From: Candidatus Latescibacterota bacterium
GTDB lineage: Bacteria; Latescibacterota; UBA2968; UBA8231
DNA length: 64,000 bases
Assembly: GCA_965203175.1 (NCBI GenBank)
Contig: OZ241867.1
Coordinates: forward strand, 480,001-544,000
Direction of reading: 5' to 3'
Positions 21,476 through 30,281 of the stretch are shown piece by piece. How positions within the stretch are numbered: position 1 is the first letter of the stretch; each line of letters opens with the position of its first letter. The notes beneath the pieces are model-generated. The model searched no databases, was not told the DNA's origin, and was given only the letters and a program-made list of their open reading frames with translations. The translations under genes and the position numbers were made by a program.

Positions 21476-22489
21476 ATGTCCACCCCACCTGTCATCCAGA
21501 CCACGACCGTCGGCTCCTATCCCATCCCGGACTGGCTCCAAGCCCTGCCCTCCGAGCAGGCCCTCGTCGATGCCACCCGCGTGGTGTTCGACACCCAGCG
21601 CCAAGCCGGCATCGACCTGCCCACCGATGGCGAGCTGTACCGCTTCGACATCAACCATCCAGACACCAACGGCATGATCGAGTACTTCGTCCGGCCCATG
21701 GGCGGCACCCGCGCGAAATTTGGCCGCCGCGAGGCCGAGGAGTTCGCCGCCAAACAAAGCATGGGCTTCCGGGCCAAGCCCGCGGCCGTAGTGGACGCCG
21801 AACTCGGCGCGGGCAGTCTCGACCTGCTCGCCGACTGCGCCCGCGCCGCAGCCGTGGCCGGTGGCCCCTTCAAGTTCACCCTGACCAGTCCATACATGCT
21901 GGCCCGTACCCTCCTCGATCACCACTACGGCAACTTCGCCGCGCTCTTGATGGCCGTTGCCCACGTCCTCGCCGACCAAGTCCGCGGCCTGCCCTGTGCC
22001 TGCGTCCAAATCGACGAGGCCAACATCCCCGGCAACCCAGCCGACGGCCCCCTCGCGGCCCGCGCCATCAACGCCGTACTCGACAGCATCGACTCAGGCA
22101 CCCAAAAGGCCGTCCACTTTTGCTTTGGCAACTACGGCGGCCAGACCATCCAGCAGGGCGAGTGGCGCGCCCTGCTCGACTTTCTCAACGAGTTGCGCGC
22201 CGATCACTTAGTGCTCGAACTCGCCCACCGCCCGGCGAGCGACCTGAGCGCCCTGCAACAAATCGACTCGCGCATCGGCATCGGCATCGGCGTGATCGAC
22301 ATCAAAGTCAACCACATCGAGACGGCCGAAGAGATCGCTCGCCGCATAGAAGCCGCTGCTGCCGCCGCCGGCCCCGACCGCATTCACTTCATCCACCCAG
22401 ACTGCGGCTTTTGGATGCTCAAACGCTCCATCGCCGACCGCAAGATTGCGGCACTGGCCGAAGGACGGAATCTGTACTTGGGAATATAG
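21476..22489 (+). CDS. Cobalamin-independent methionine synthase II family protein (MetE C-terminal-like)
   Basis: TTTVGSYP, TDGE, QIDEA, zinc ligands HFCFGN and PDCG. Confidence 0.85.
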   Translation: MSTPPVIQTTTVGSYPIPDWLQALPSEQALVDATRVVFDTQRQAGIDLPTDGELYRFDINHPDTNGMIEYFVRPMGGTRAKFGRREAEEFAAKQSMGFRAKPAAVVDAELGAGSLDLLADCARAAAVAGGPFKFTLTSPYMLARTLLDHHYGNFAALLMAVAHVLADQVRGLPCACVQIDEANIPGNPADGPLAARAINAVLDSIDSGTQKAVHFCFGNYGGQTIQQGEWRALLDFLNELRADHLVLELAHRPASDLSALQQIDSRIGIGIGVIDIKVNHIETAEEIARRIEAAAAAAGPDRIHFIHPDCGFWMLKRSIADRKIAALAEGRNLYLGI

Positions 22490-22498
22490 GCGCAGTAC

Positions 22499-23233
22499 TT
22501 AAGGGCTAGTCCTGCGCATGATGCTGAGGATCTGGCCGGTCATGCCGCTGGCCGGGGGTTGTGCGGCGAGAAAAAGCGCCGAGGCAACGACCTGTTCTGG
22601 CTCCTTCCACGGCTCGCTTGCAGCGCGAAAGCTGCTGGCCTGTTGCCAAGAAGGTTTTGACAGCTCCGTCCTGACCGGACCAGGTATGAGAACATTGGCG
22701 ATGATACCCTCACTCCACACTTCTTCTGCAATGGCTTGGGTCAACCCGTGCAAGGCCGCTTTGGACGCGCAATAGACGCTCAGGTCCGCGTGGCCGACCT
22801 GGCCCATGCCAGAGCCGACATTGATGATGTTCCCGCTGCCCTGTCGCTGCATAATGGGCAATACCGCACGGCAACAGCGGACGACGCCCATGACGTTAAT
22901 CTGCCACGCCTGCTCCCACTCCTCATCTGTCGCGTCTAAAAACAGCCCGCGCGGATTGACGCCGGCGTTGTTGACGAGAATGTCGATCCGATCAAACCGC
23001 GCTACTGTTTTCTGCACGAGGCGTTCCACCTCTGCACTCACCCGCAAATCAGTCGGCACCGCGAGGACTTCGCCACCCTGCGCGGCAATCGCCGCGACTA
23101 CTTCGTCGAGCTGAGCCGTGCTGCGCGCAGCAATGGCGACCTGCGCGCCCTCGGCAGCGTAGCCCATAGCGATAGCGCGGCCAATGCCGCGGCCCCCGCC
23201 CGTGACGAGGGCGACTTTGTCTTTGAGTTGCAT
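22499..23233 (-). CDS. SDR family oxidoreductase
   Basis: TGGGRGIG, NNAG and YCASK motifs. Confidence 0.93.
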   Translation of the reverse strand: MQLKDKVALVTGGGRGIGRAIAMGYAAEGAQVAIAARSTAQLDEVVAAIAAQGGEVLAVPTDLRVSAEVERLVQKTVARFDRIDILVNNAGVNPRGLFLDATDEEWEQAWQINVMGVVRCCRAVLPIMQRQGSGNIINVGSGMGQVGHADLSVYCASKAALHGLTQAIAEEVWSEGIIANVLIPGPVRTELSKPSWQQASSFRAASEPWKEPEQVVASALFLAAQPPASGMTGQILSIMRRTSP

Positions 23234-23240
23234 AGTTGAG

Positions 23241-24212
23241 TTATCCGCGCAAGTACCCGGCGACCTCTTTGGCGAAATAAGTCAAGATCATATCCGCGCC
23301 GGCCCGTTTGATCCCTGTCAACACCTCCATAACGGCCTGCTCGCGCTGGACCCACCCCCGCTCCACAGCCGCCACAATCATCCCGTACTCGCCGGAAACA
23401 TTGTACGCGGCAATCGGCACGTCAAAGGCTTGGCGAGCGGCGGCGATTACGTCGAGATAGGCCAGCGCCGGCTTGACCATCACCACATCGGCCCCTTCCT
23501 CAATATCGAGAGCGATCTCCACAAGCGCTTCGCGGCCATTGGCCGGGTCCATCTGATAGCTCTTCTTATCGCCCTTCTTGGGTGCCGACTGGAGCGCGTC
23601 GCGGAACGGGCCGTAAAAGCACGAAGCGTATTTAGCCGAATACGCCAAGATGCCGACGTTTTTATAACCAGCCGCGTCGAGTGCCCGGCGGATGCCGCCG
23701 ACCCGGCCATCCATCATATCTGAAGGTGCGACCCAATCGACGCCTGCTTCGGCGTGCGACAGGGCCATCTTGCACAGCACCTCTATGGTCTCGTCGTTGA
23801 CGACTTCACCATCGACGACCAAGCCGTCGTGGCCGTGGTGGGTATAGGGGTCGAGGGCCACATCGGTCTGCACGCAGAGTTCGGGCACTGCGGCCTTGAG
23901 ACTGCGGATTGCTCGTTGGATCAAGCCCTGCGGGTCGTAGGACTGGGTGGCCTGATCGTCCTTTTCGGTCGAGTAGCCGAAGAGGTTGACCGCCGGGATG
24001 CCCAAATCCCATAACCCGCGGCACTCATTGACCAACTCGTCAACCGAGAAGCGATATTGGCCTGGCATGTCGTCGATGGGCGCGCGCGTTTTTTCGCCTT
24101 CGGTGACAAACAGCGGATGGATCAGATCATCGACGCGCAAGTTGGTCTCGCGCACCAAGCTGCGCACCGCTTCCGAGCGCCTGAGTCGTCGGGGCCTTTT
24201 GGTCAATTCCAC
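23241..24212 (-). CDS. hemB: Porphobilinogen synthase
   Basis: RPRRLR, DVALDPYTHHGHDG (Asp-rich type), APSDMMDGR, YGPFRDA, YQMDPAN, MVKP, YNVSGEY motifs. Confidence 0.97.
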   Translation of the reverse strand: MELTKRPRRLRRSEAVRSLVRETNLRVDDLIHPLFVTEGEKTRAPIDDMPGQYRFSVDELVNECRGLWDLGIPAVNLFGYSTEKDDQATQSYDPQGLIQRAIRSLKAAVPELCVQTDVALDPYTHHGHDGLVVDGEVVNDETIEVLCKMALSHAEAGVDWVAPSDMMDGRVGGIRRALDAAGYKNVGILAYSAKYASCFYGPFRDALQSAPKKGDKKSYQMDPANGREALVEIALDIEEGADVVMVKPALAYLDVIAAARQAFDVPIAAYNVSGEYGMIVAAVERGWVQREQAVMEVLTGIKRAGADMILTYFAKEVAGYLRG

Positions 24213-24329
24213 GGCAATCTCCTAGTCAAATTCTTCTTCGAGCAGACGGAGCAAATCGGGGTTATTACACAGACCTTAATGTTAAAAAATCGCCTAGCGG
24301 ATGGAAAATCCATCGCCGATCAGCCGCAC

Positions 24330-25625
24330 TCACAGACAAAACTTCAGAAACTCGTCCTCTGTCTTTTCGCACCATGCTCGCAGGCGACAGCGATGATCGT
24401 CGAGTTCGTCCTTGAACCGCGCGTTGACGGCGAGGTTGACCATTTCGCCCGGATCTGTTTGCAGATCGACGAGCTGTTCGCGGTAGCGGCCCATGGGATA
24501 GGCGCTGTATTTGTAGCGGTCGGTGAGCACGGCGCGCGAAACACCGCTACCGCCTGGGCCAGGGGCAATGTCCATGATGGTCTCAACAACGAGTTCCCTG
24601 CGCCACTCGTCGGGCGCGTCACCCTCGGCAAGCGATCGCAAGCTCAGCCCTTCGAGGCCATCGGGGACACTCGCACCGCCGACGTCGCACAGCGTGGGCA
24701 GCAGATCGAGGCCGAGGGAGACGAGATGAGTGTTGTCAACGCTACCGGCCCGCGTGATCCCTTTGTGACTGATGATAAAAGGAACGTTGATGACTTCCTC
24801 GTAGAGGCTGGTTTTTTGATTCCATTGGTGCGCTCCGTGTCCATCGCCGTGGTCTGACGTGAAAATGATATAGGTCTCTTCTTCGCGACCGAGATCGCGC
24901 AGTCCATTGAGCAGCACGCCGATTTCAGCATCGACTTTTTCGCACAGGCGATAGTAGTAAAATCGGAGACGCCGCCAGTCGTCTTCCGTGTATTCGATGG
25001 TGGAATAGACGCGGCGGTTGGCCTGCCGCAGCATCTGCAGGATATCGGGTGAATAAGGTGAAATGGCGAAGTTTGCGGGCAGATTCGGGCATTCCTCTAC
25101 AGTGGCCGGTTCCGGCACTGGGCCTTGCGGCAGTGGCTGATTGCGGGCGACTTGGCAGATGTCGTGGGGGTTGAGGAATGAAGCGAAGAGGAAGAAGGGA
25201 TTGTCGCGGGCGCGCTGCATGAATTCAATGGAGCGCAGGGGCACCTCGTCGTCGCGACTGCCGCAGATGACTTCGAGTCCGCTTTCTTCGGGCGTGGTGC
25301 CGGGGACGTGCCATTTTCCAGAAAGGGCGCAATCATATCCCGCGTCGGCGAGGAGGTTGCCGAGTGTTCGGCCTTTGTATTCGGGATTGATTGGTGTGCT
25401 GTTGCTAATCGCGCCATTTTGATGGGGGAAAAGGCCGGTCATAAAGCTGGCGCGCTGGGGGCCGCATAAGGGATGCGTGCAATAGGCGCGGGTGAATCGC
25501 ACCCCTGTTTTGGCGAGACTGTCCATATTGGGGGTGTACACGTCGGGGTTGCCAGCACAGGACATGGCTCCGGCGTATTGCTGGTCCGTGATGATGAAGA
25601 GAATATTGGGGCGACGCTCTGGCAT
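24330..25625 (-). CDS. Cys-type sulfatase
   Basis: PNILFIITDQ, LCGPQRAS (CxPxR), GKWH, TSDHG motifs. Confidence 0.93.
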   Translation of the reverse strand: MPERRPNILFIITDQQYAGAMSCAGNPDVYTPNMDSLAKTGVRFTRAYCTHPLCGPQRASFMTGLFPHQNGAISNSTPINPEYKGRTLGNLLADAGYDCALSGKWHVPGTTPEESGLEVICGSRDDEVPLRSIEFMQRARDNPFFLFASFLNPHDICQVARNQPLPQGPVPEPATVEECPNLPANFAISPYSPDILQMLRQANRRVYSTIEYTEDDWRRLRFYYYRLCEKVDAEIGVLLNGLRDLGREEETYIIFTSDHGDGHGAHQWNQKTSLYEEVINVPFIISHKGITRAGSVDNTHLVSLGLDLLPTLCDVGGASVPDGLEGLSLRSLAEGDAPDEWRRELVVETIMDIAPGPGGSGVSRAVLTDRYKYSAYPMGRYREQLVDLQTDPGEMVNLAVNARFKDELDDHRCRLRAWCEKTEDEFLKFCL

Positions 25626-25781
25626 ACTTGATCTTTGCTCCTAGAATAGTCTTCACTCGGAAGGCAAAAATATGACTCAGCAGATGGAACGTCCAACGCC
25701 GGAGTAACAAATCCCTCTCGACATCGTTCTATAAGCGTGTGCACACGAGAATTGTCCAACACCTGACATCATGGAGATGCA

Positions 25782-26300
25782 ATGCACGCAGAACAGGCGA
25801 TTGAAAGATTCGGGCCGCTGGTCATGAGTCTGATCTGGCGGATCAACGGAAACCACGACGAGACAGCCGACCTCTACCAAGAAGTATTCGTAAAGTTCCA
25901 CGAGACCACGAGCGAGCGCGGGCCGCTGCAACAGCCCAAGGCGTGGTTGTGCCGCACGGCGATCAATGCCGCCCTCGATTTCAAACGTCAGCGATCGAGG
26001 TTTGTCTCCTGGACAGAATCGGCGGAGGAACCCCACAACTGGGAGGCGAACGATGTGGTCGAAAATGGCCTTATGGTCGAAAAAATTCGCCGTCTCACGG
26101 TGGACTTGCCCGAGCGCCGCAGAGAAGTCTTCGTCCTCCGCTACTTCCAAGGCTGTTCCTTCGCGCAGATCGCCCAACTGCTAAATTGCTCTGCGGGAGC
26201 AGCGCGTGCCGCAGCATTCCAAGCCTCAAAACAGATTCGCGCGTGGCTGACCTGCGACTGTCCATCCGCAACAACATCAACCAAGGAAGCTAACCGATGA
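25782..26300 (+). CDS. ECF RNA polymerase sigma factor
   Basis: DLYQEVFVK, AWLCRTAINAALD (region 2); LPERRREVFVLRYFQGCSFAQIAQLL (region 4). Confidence 0.9.
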   Translation: MHAEQAIERFGPLVMSLIWRINGNHDETADLYQEVFVKFHETTSERGPLQQPKAWLCRTAINAALDFKRQRSRFVSWTESAEEPHNWEANDVVENGLMVEKIRRLTVDLPERRREVFVLRYFQGCSFAQIAQLLNCSAGAARAAAFQASKQIRAWLTCDCPSATTSTKEANR

Positions 26301-27157
26301 TTACGACTGAGCAGTTTGAACACAAACTCATCGAATACCTCGACGGCGAGCTGTCCGATGCCGAAAAGCGGGAAGTAGAGGAGTACCTACAAGCCCATCC
26401 CGAAGCCATCAACCTCAAAGGCGATTTCTCCCTGCTGTGCGGGGCTGGGAAATCGATCCGCGAATCCACCTTTCCCGCAGATTTGCTCTTGGAAGCCAAC
26501 CGCAAGCTCGCCGCTCGCCTAGCCGATCAGCGTCGCGAGAATGTGGCTCCCATCCCCGTCGCGTCCGACAACGGATCGCCAGAGACCGCCCCCAGCCAGA
26601 CCTTGCAGTCGAACTGGCGACGGCGGTTGCGTCCGCCCGTGCTAGCCGCCGTACTCGCCGCGCTGGCGATCCTCTTAGTAGGTGTCATCACTCAGAGGGC
26701 AGCTCTCGCCAACATTGCCAGCAGCCTGCTGCAAATCGTAGTGACCTTCAACGACGAGCCCCTGTCCGATAGCCAACAGCAAGCGTTCGACGAGCTTGTT
26801 CAGATCACGGAAACCGTGGATGAGAATGGCGATCAGGTCGTCATCGTCAACGTGGAGGCCGATCAGATGCCCCAGGAGTTCAGTGACGGTGTCCTGGAAG
26901 TGGTGATCAGCGGCGATGAAAGCAGTGAAGCAGTAAGCTCCGATTCAGACCTTATAATGATGGTCGGCGGCGCAACGGTTTTCAGCGACAGCAGTGTAAG
27001 TGTAAACCTCGATTCGCTGCGCATCGCGCTTACCGCGCGTGATTCGCTGCGCGCTGCGAAGATGAAGATCGGCTCCCAGTCTCCAGGCGTCGCCGAGGAT
27101 AAGAGCTGGGGCGACATCAAGAAAGCCGTCGGTTCCACCACGGACGACGCTCCCTAA
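26297..27157 (+). CDS. Putative membrane-anchored anti-sigma factor
   Basis: ATGA overlap with the sigma gene; N-terminal LIEYLDGELSDAEKREVEEYL anti-sigma domain without Zn ligands; one TM helix; acidic extracytoplasmic domain ending KSWGDIKK. Confidence 0.78.
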   Translation: MITTEQFEHKLIEYLDGELSDAEKREVEEYLQAHPEAINLKGDFSLLCGAGKSIRESTFPADLLLEANRKLAARLADQRRENVAPIPVASDNGSPETAPSQTLQSNWRRRLRPPVLAAVLAALAILLVGVITQRAALANIASSLLQIVVTFNDEPLSDSQQQAFDELVQITETVDENGDQVVIVNVEADQMPQEFSDGVLEVVISGDESSEAVSSDSDLIMMVGGATVFSDSSVSVNLDSLRIALTARDSLRAAKMKIGSQSPGVAEDKSWGDIKKAVGSTTDDAP

Positions 27158-27196
27158 TCAAGCGGATCGCTCGATTTCAAGCCAAGCCTTCAAAGA

Positions 27197-27233
27197 GAAC
27201 GGGCCCTAGGTCATCATCGACCGGGGCCCGTTC
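27197..27233. terminator. Hairpin between convergent genes (probable terminator)
   Basis: GAACGGGCCC (27197-27206) / GGGCCCGTTC (27224-27233), a 10-bp perfect stem; weak U-tracts. Confidence 0.6.
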
Positions 27234-27258
27234 GTCATCCTGTTTCCTGTACGTCGAT

Positions 27259-28293
27259 TCAGCGGATCAAGCGCCCAAGGCGATCCCAGCGGATGGAATA
27301 TCCATCGCCGACCGACAAGTACACAATCCCCACCTTGGCGTGCAGGGCTGAGCGCGGGATCGGTCCATGGGTGCGGCTGTCAAAGCTCTTGTCGCGGTTG
27401 TCGCCTAGGACGAAGTAGTGGCCTTGCGGAATTTCCAACGACTCGATACTCATCGAGTGATGTCGAAGTTCTCGATAGACGCCTGGATCGTCGCGCAGCG
27501 GCGCACCGTTGACATAGAGCACGCTGTCGCGCAGCGATATGCGCTCTCCAGGTAGGCCCATGACTCGCTTTATGAGCAGTCGTCCCTCTTCCTTCGGCGA
27601 CTCATAAATGACGATGTCTCCTCTGCGCGGCTCAGAAGTGCGAGCCCACCGCGTGTCGGCTGTGATGTAGTCGCCCCGTAGTAGGGTCGGCTCCATAGAG
27701 CCTGACGGAATATAGAAACTCTGTAGGTATTTCTTGATGTGATGTTGCAGTTTCTCGACAGCGACGCTCTCAACCCCGACCGTGCAGATCAAGGCCGTCA
27801 CAGCGATGAATAGCTCGCGCCGCAACGGCGGTCTGATACGAACGACGTAGGTTCCACCAATCAGGTCGTGGAGACCTCTCTTTCCCTGTGTAAACGGAAT
27901 CAGCAGAAAAGACAGTCCAATCAGCGAGCAGTCGATAACAGCACGGAGCAGGCTGCGGCGGAAGGAGACAGGCTGGAACCGCTGGCCCACGACCACCAAA
28001 CCGAACAGGCGCTTGCCCAGCGACTGGCGTCCGCGAGCGTTCAGAAACGCCAGAATAAATACGTTGACGACTAAGCTCCCTGGAAACCAGACAAACAGGA
28101 AAAGCTGTAGCAGCGCTTCCGTGCTCAAACTTTCGCTGAAATGCAGGAACGGCAGAAGGAGTGCGCTAGTTACGACGGCAAATCCCAATGTATCGACTAC
28201 AGCACTGGCGATGCGCACCCAGAAACCTGGGAATTTCTGCGCGTCTAGGCTCTCGGTCCGGCTTGTCGTGTCGGCATGGATCGATAAGACCAC
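27259..28293 (-). CDS. lepB: RDD-domain / signal peptidase I fusion
   Basis: N-terminal RDD (GFWVRIASAVVD, QSLGKRLFGLVVV, RGLHDLIGGTYVV); C-terminal S26 boxes IPSGSMEPTL, IKRVMGLPGE and GDNRDKSFDSR. Confidence 0.85.
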   Translation of the reverse strand: MVLSIHADTTSRTESLDAQKFPGFWVRIASAVVDTLGFAVVTSALLLPFLHFSESLSTEALLQLFLFVWFPGSLVVNVFILAFLNARGRQSLGKRLFGLVVVGQRFQPVSFRRSLLRAVIDCSLIGLSFLLIPFTQGKRGLHDLIGGTYVVRIRPPLRRELFIAVTALICTVGVESVAVEKLQHHIKKYLQSFYIPSGSMEPTLLRGDYITADTRWARTSEPRRGDIVIYESPKEEGRLLIKRVMGLPGERISLRDSVLYVNGAPLRDDPGVYRELRHHSMSIESLEIPQGHYFVLGDNRDKSFDSRTHGPIPRSALHAKVGIVYLSVGDGYSIRWDRLGRLIR

Positions 28294-28325
28294 GTTTGAC
28301 CTCAGTCGAAAAGGGCAGCTTTTTT

Positions 28326-28385
28326 GTGGTTCCTTTTTTGGATACTACTAAAAAAAGTCCAGTAGTTCCATTTTTTGAGACCACT
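28326..28385. promoter_or_regulatory. Pair of 24-bp quasi-palindromic direct repeats (putative operators)
   Basis: GTGGTTCCTTTTTTGGATACTACT (28326-28349) and GTAGTTCCATTTTTTGAGACCACT (28362-28385), 19/24 identical, in a divergent intergenic region. Confidence 0.5.
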
Positions 28386-28406
28386 GCAAAGGTCTCAGGC
28401 AAGCCA

Positions 28407-29096
28407 ATGAGCCACTCCGTCCGACGCCATCTGCGCCTTGAAATCGAGGCGTACGATAAGACCATCCGCGCTTTCATTCCCTCCTATGAGGAAATGCTGA
28501 CGCGAGCCGCAGATACCATTGCCGAGACCAAGCCGAAAAAAGTAATCGACCTCGGCGCTGGCACGGGCGCGTTGGCGCAAGCCATATTGCAGCGATGCAA
28601 GGGAGCCACGGTCGAACTAATCGACGCCGACGCCGAGATGCTCGATCAGGCCCGCGAGCGGCTCGCACCCTTTGCTGCACGAGTGCAGTACACCGTGCGA
28701 GCGTTCCAAGGTCCGCTACCCGCTTGCGACGCGGCAGTCGCCTCCCTCGCGCTGCACCACGTGCCCACCCTAGCCGAAAAACGAACGATCTTCAGCGCAA
28801 TTCACGCTGCGTTGCGTCCAAGCGGCGTGTTCGTCAACGCGGATGCCACCATGCCCGCCAGCCCGTCCGCTCGCCAAGCCGAATACGAAACTTGGGCGTC
28901 CCACCTCGTCTCTTGCGGCATCGCCGAGGAGCGCGCCTATAGCCATTTCGCGGAATGGTCCGACGAAGACACCTACTTTCCCGTGGAAGACGAACTCGCC
29001 GCGCTGACGGACGCCGGTTTTAACGCGACCTGTCTGTGGCGCGTCGTACCGGTCACAGTCATAAAAGCAGCTAAACCCGCAGCACATAGTGCGTGA
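28407..29096 (+). CDS. Class I SAM-dependent methyltransferase
   Basis: VIDLGAGTG, IDAD, ASLALHH and LRPSGVFVNAD motifs; start at ATG 28407. Confidence 0.88.
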   Translation: MSHSVRRHLRLEIEAYDKTIRAFIPSYEEMLTRAADTIAETKPKKVIDLGAGTGALAQAILQRCKGATVELIDADAEMLDQARERLAPFAARVQYTVRAFQGPLPACDAAVASLALHHVPTLAEKRTIFSAIHAALRPSGVFVNADATMPASPSARQAEYETWASHLVSCGIAEERAYSHFAEWSDEDTYFPVEDELAALTDAGFNATCLWRVVPVTVIKAAKPAAHSA

Positions 29097-29114
29097 CGAG
29101 TTACAGCAGGAGAG

Positions 29115-30104
29115 CTACATCAGCTTGGGCAGCAGCAAAGCGAGGGCGACGCTGACGAGGAGGCCAGCGAGAATCTTCGCCAAATCGGATAGCACCAGCC
29201 GGGACACCTCTTGGCGGCTGCGGTGCTTCTCGTTCCAGGCGATGGCGATCTCGCGTCCAGCCAACAGACCGACGAAAACCCAAGTCGTGCTCATCGGGAT
29301 GTGGCTGAGCTCCTTGAACACAAACAGCACGATCCCGTAGATCAGGTCCACGAACGTCGCCGAGCGGATGTCGGTGGTGTTCGTCTTGGTCAGCACTACC
29401 TTCTGGATGGCACCGCCGTGGTTGTAAAAGATGAAGGCGAGCAAGCCCAGTATGATGGCGATGCTGACTATGAACCATCCAACAGCTAGGTCTGGCGTCC
29501 GACTGACCGGGTCTCGCGGCAGAAAAACATAGATATTGGCCAAGTCCTGTATCAGCCACTGGCTCCAGAGAAAACCAGTCGAACACCACTGGGCCACAAC
29601 CCACCAAGGACTCGTCAGCCCTTCCGTCCGGTTAAAACGAGACTCGAGGCTCCGGGCGACCAACTTGTACACGACGATGGCGACCACGAAGGCCGTCGCA
29701 TACCCCAGCAACGACTTGAGCAACATGCTCGACAGCGCCTTTGGTGCGAAGATCGTCAGCGTCAGGAAGGTAGTGCTGACCGGGACACCCCAGCGGGTCA
29801 GCAAGAGCAGGACGAAGGGAGGGACGCAGTAAACCCAGCTAAAGTGGTCCGGCACCGGGATCGCCTCCAGCCTGCCGTAGGAAACATCCCCACTATGTGC
29901 CACCCACCCATACACGAGGACCATCGTTATGATGCCGCCGGCAAAGAGCCAGAGTACCCACCACGGACGGTGGGAATTGGAACTGAGAAAGGTCCCCAGA
30001 GTCTGAATCGCATCGTTGCCGACGATCGAATACGAGCCGAGCAAGAATCCGAACGAGCCGAGCACGAACCCGGTGATCATTAGTGCTTCCTGACTCATTT
30101 TCAA
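29115..30104 (-). CDS. Multi-pass membrane protein, divergent PiT/PHO4 phosphate transporter-like
   Basis: Repeated signatures GNDAIQT/QDLAN and PVSTT/PMSTT resemble the PiT motifs; many TM helices. Confidence 0.6.
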   Translation of the reverse strand: MKMSQEALMITGFVLGSFGFLLGSYSIVGNDAIQTLGTFLSSNSHRPWWVLWLFAGGIITMVLVYGWVAHSGDVSYGRLEAIPVPDHFSWVYCVPPFVLLLLTRWGVPVSTTFLTLTIFAPKALSSMLLKSLLGYATAFVVAIVVYKLVARSLESRFNRTEGLTSPWWVVAQWCSTGFLWSQWLIQDLANIYVFLPRDPVSRTPDLAVGWFIVSIAIILGLLAFIFYNHGGAIQKVVLTKTNTTDIRSATFVDLIYGIVLFVFKELSHIPMSTTWVFVGLLAGREIAIAWNEKHRSRQEVSRLVLSDLAKILAGLLVSVALALLLPKLM

Positions 30105-30281
30105 TGCTCCTCGGGAGTTTTCGATAATATCTTAGAAATGAGGATCGGCCATTTCGCCGGGCAAAGGTATTTACTTAGCCGCAGCCGAGCAATGGTCAGG
30201 CTGCACGACAAAACAATTTGGCCCCAGCCCACTGCGCCATTACTTTTTCGGGTCACCATTCACCGCATCCTCGAGCTATTT

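Noticed and set aside
28320-28390. Mini CRISPR array
   Set aside because: Only two imperfect 24-bp copies with a 12-bp spacer, and no cas genes.
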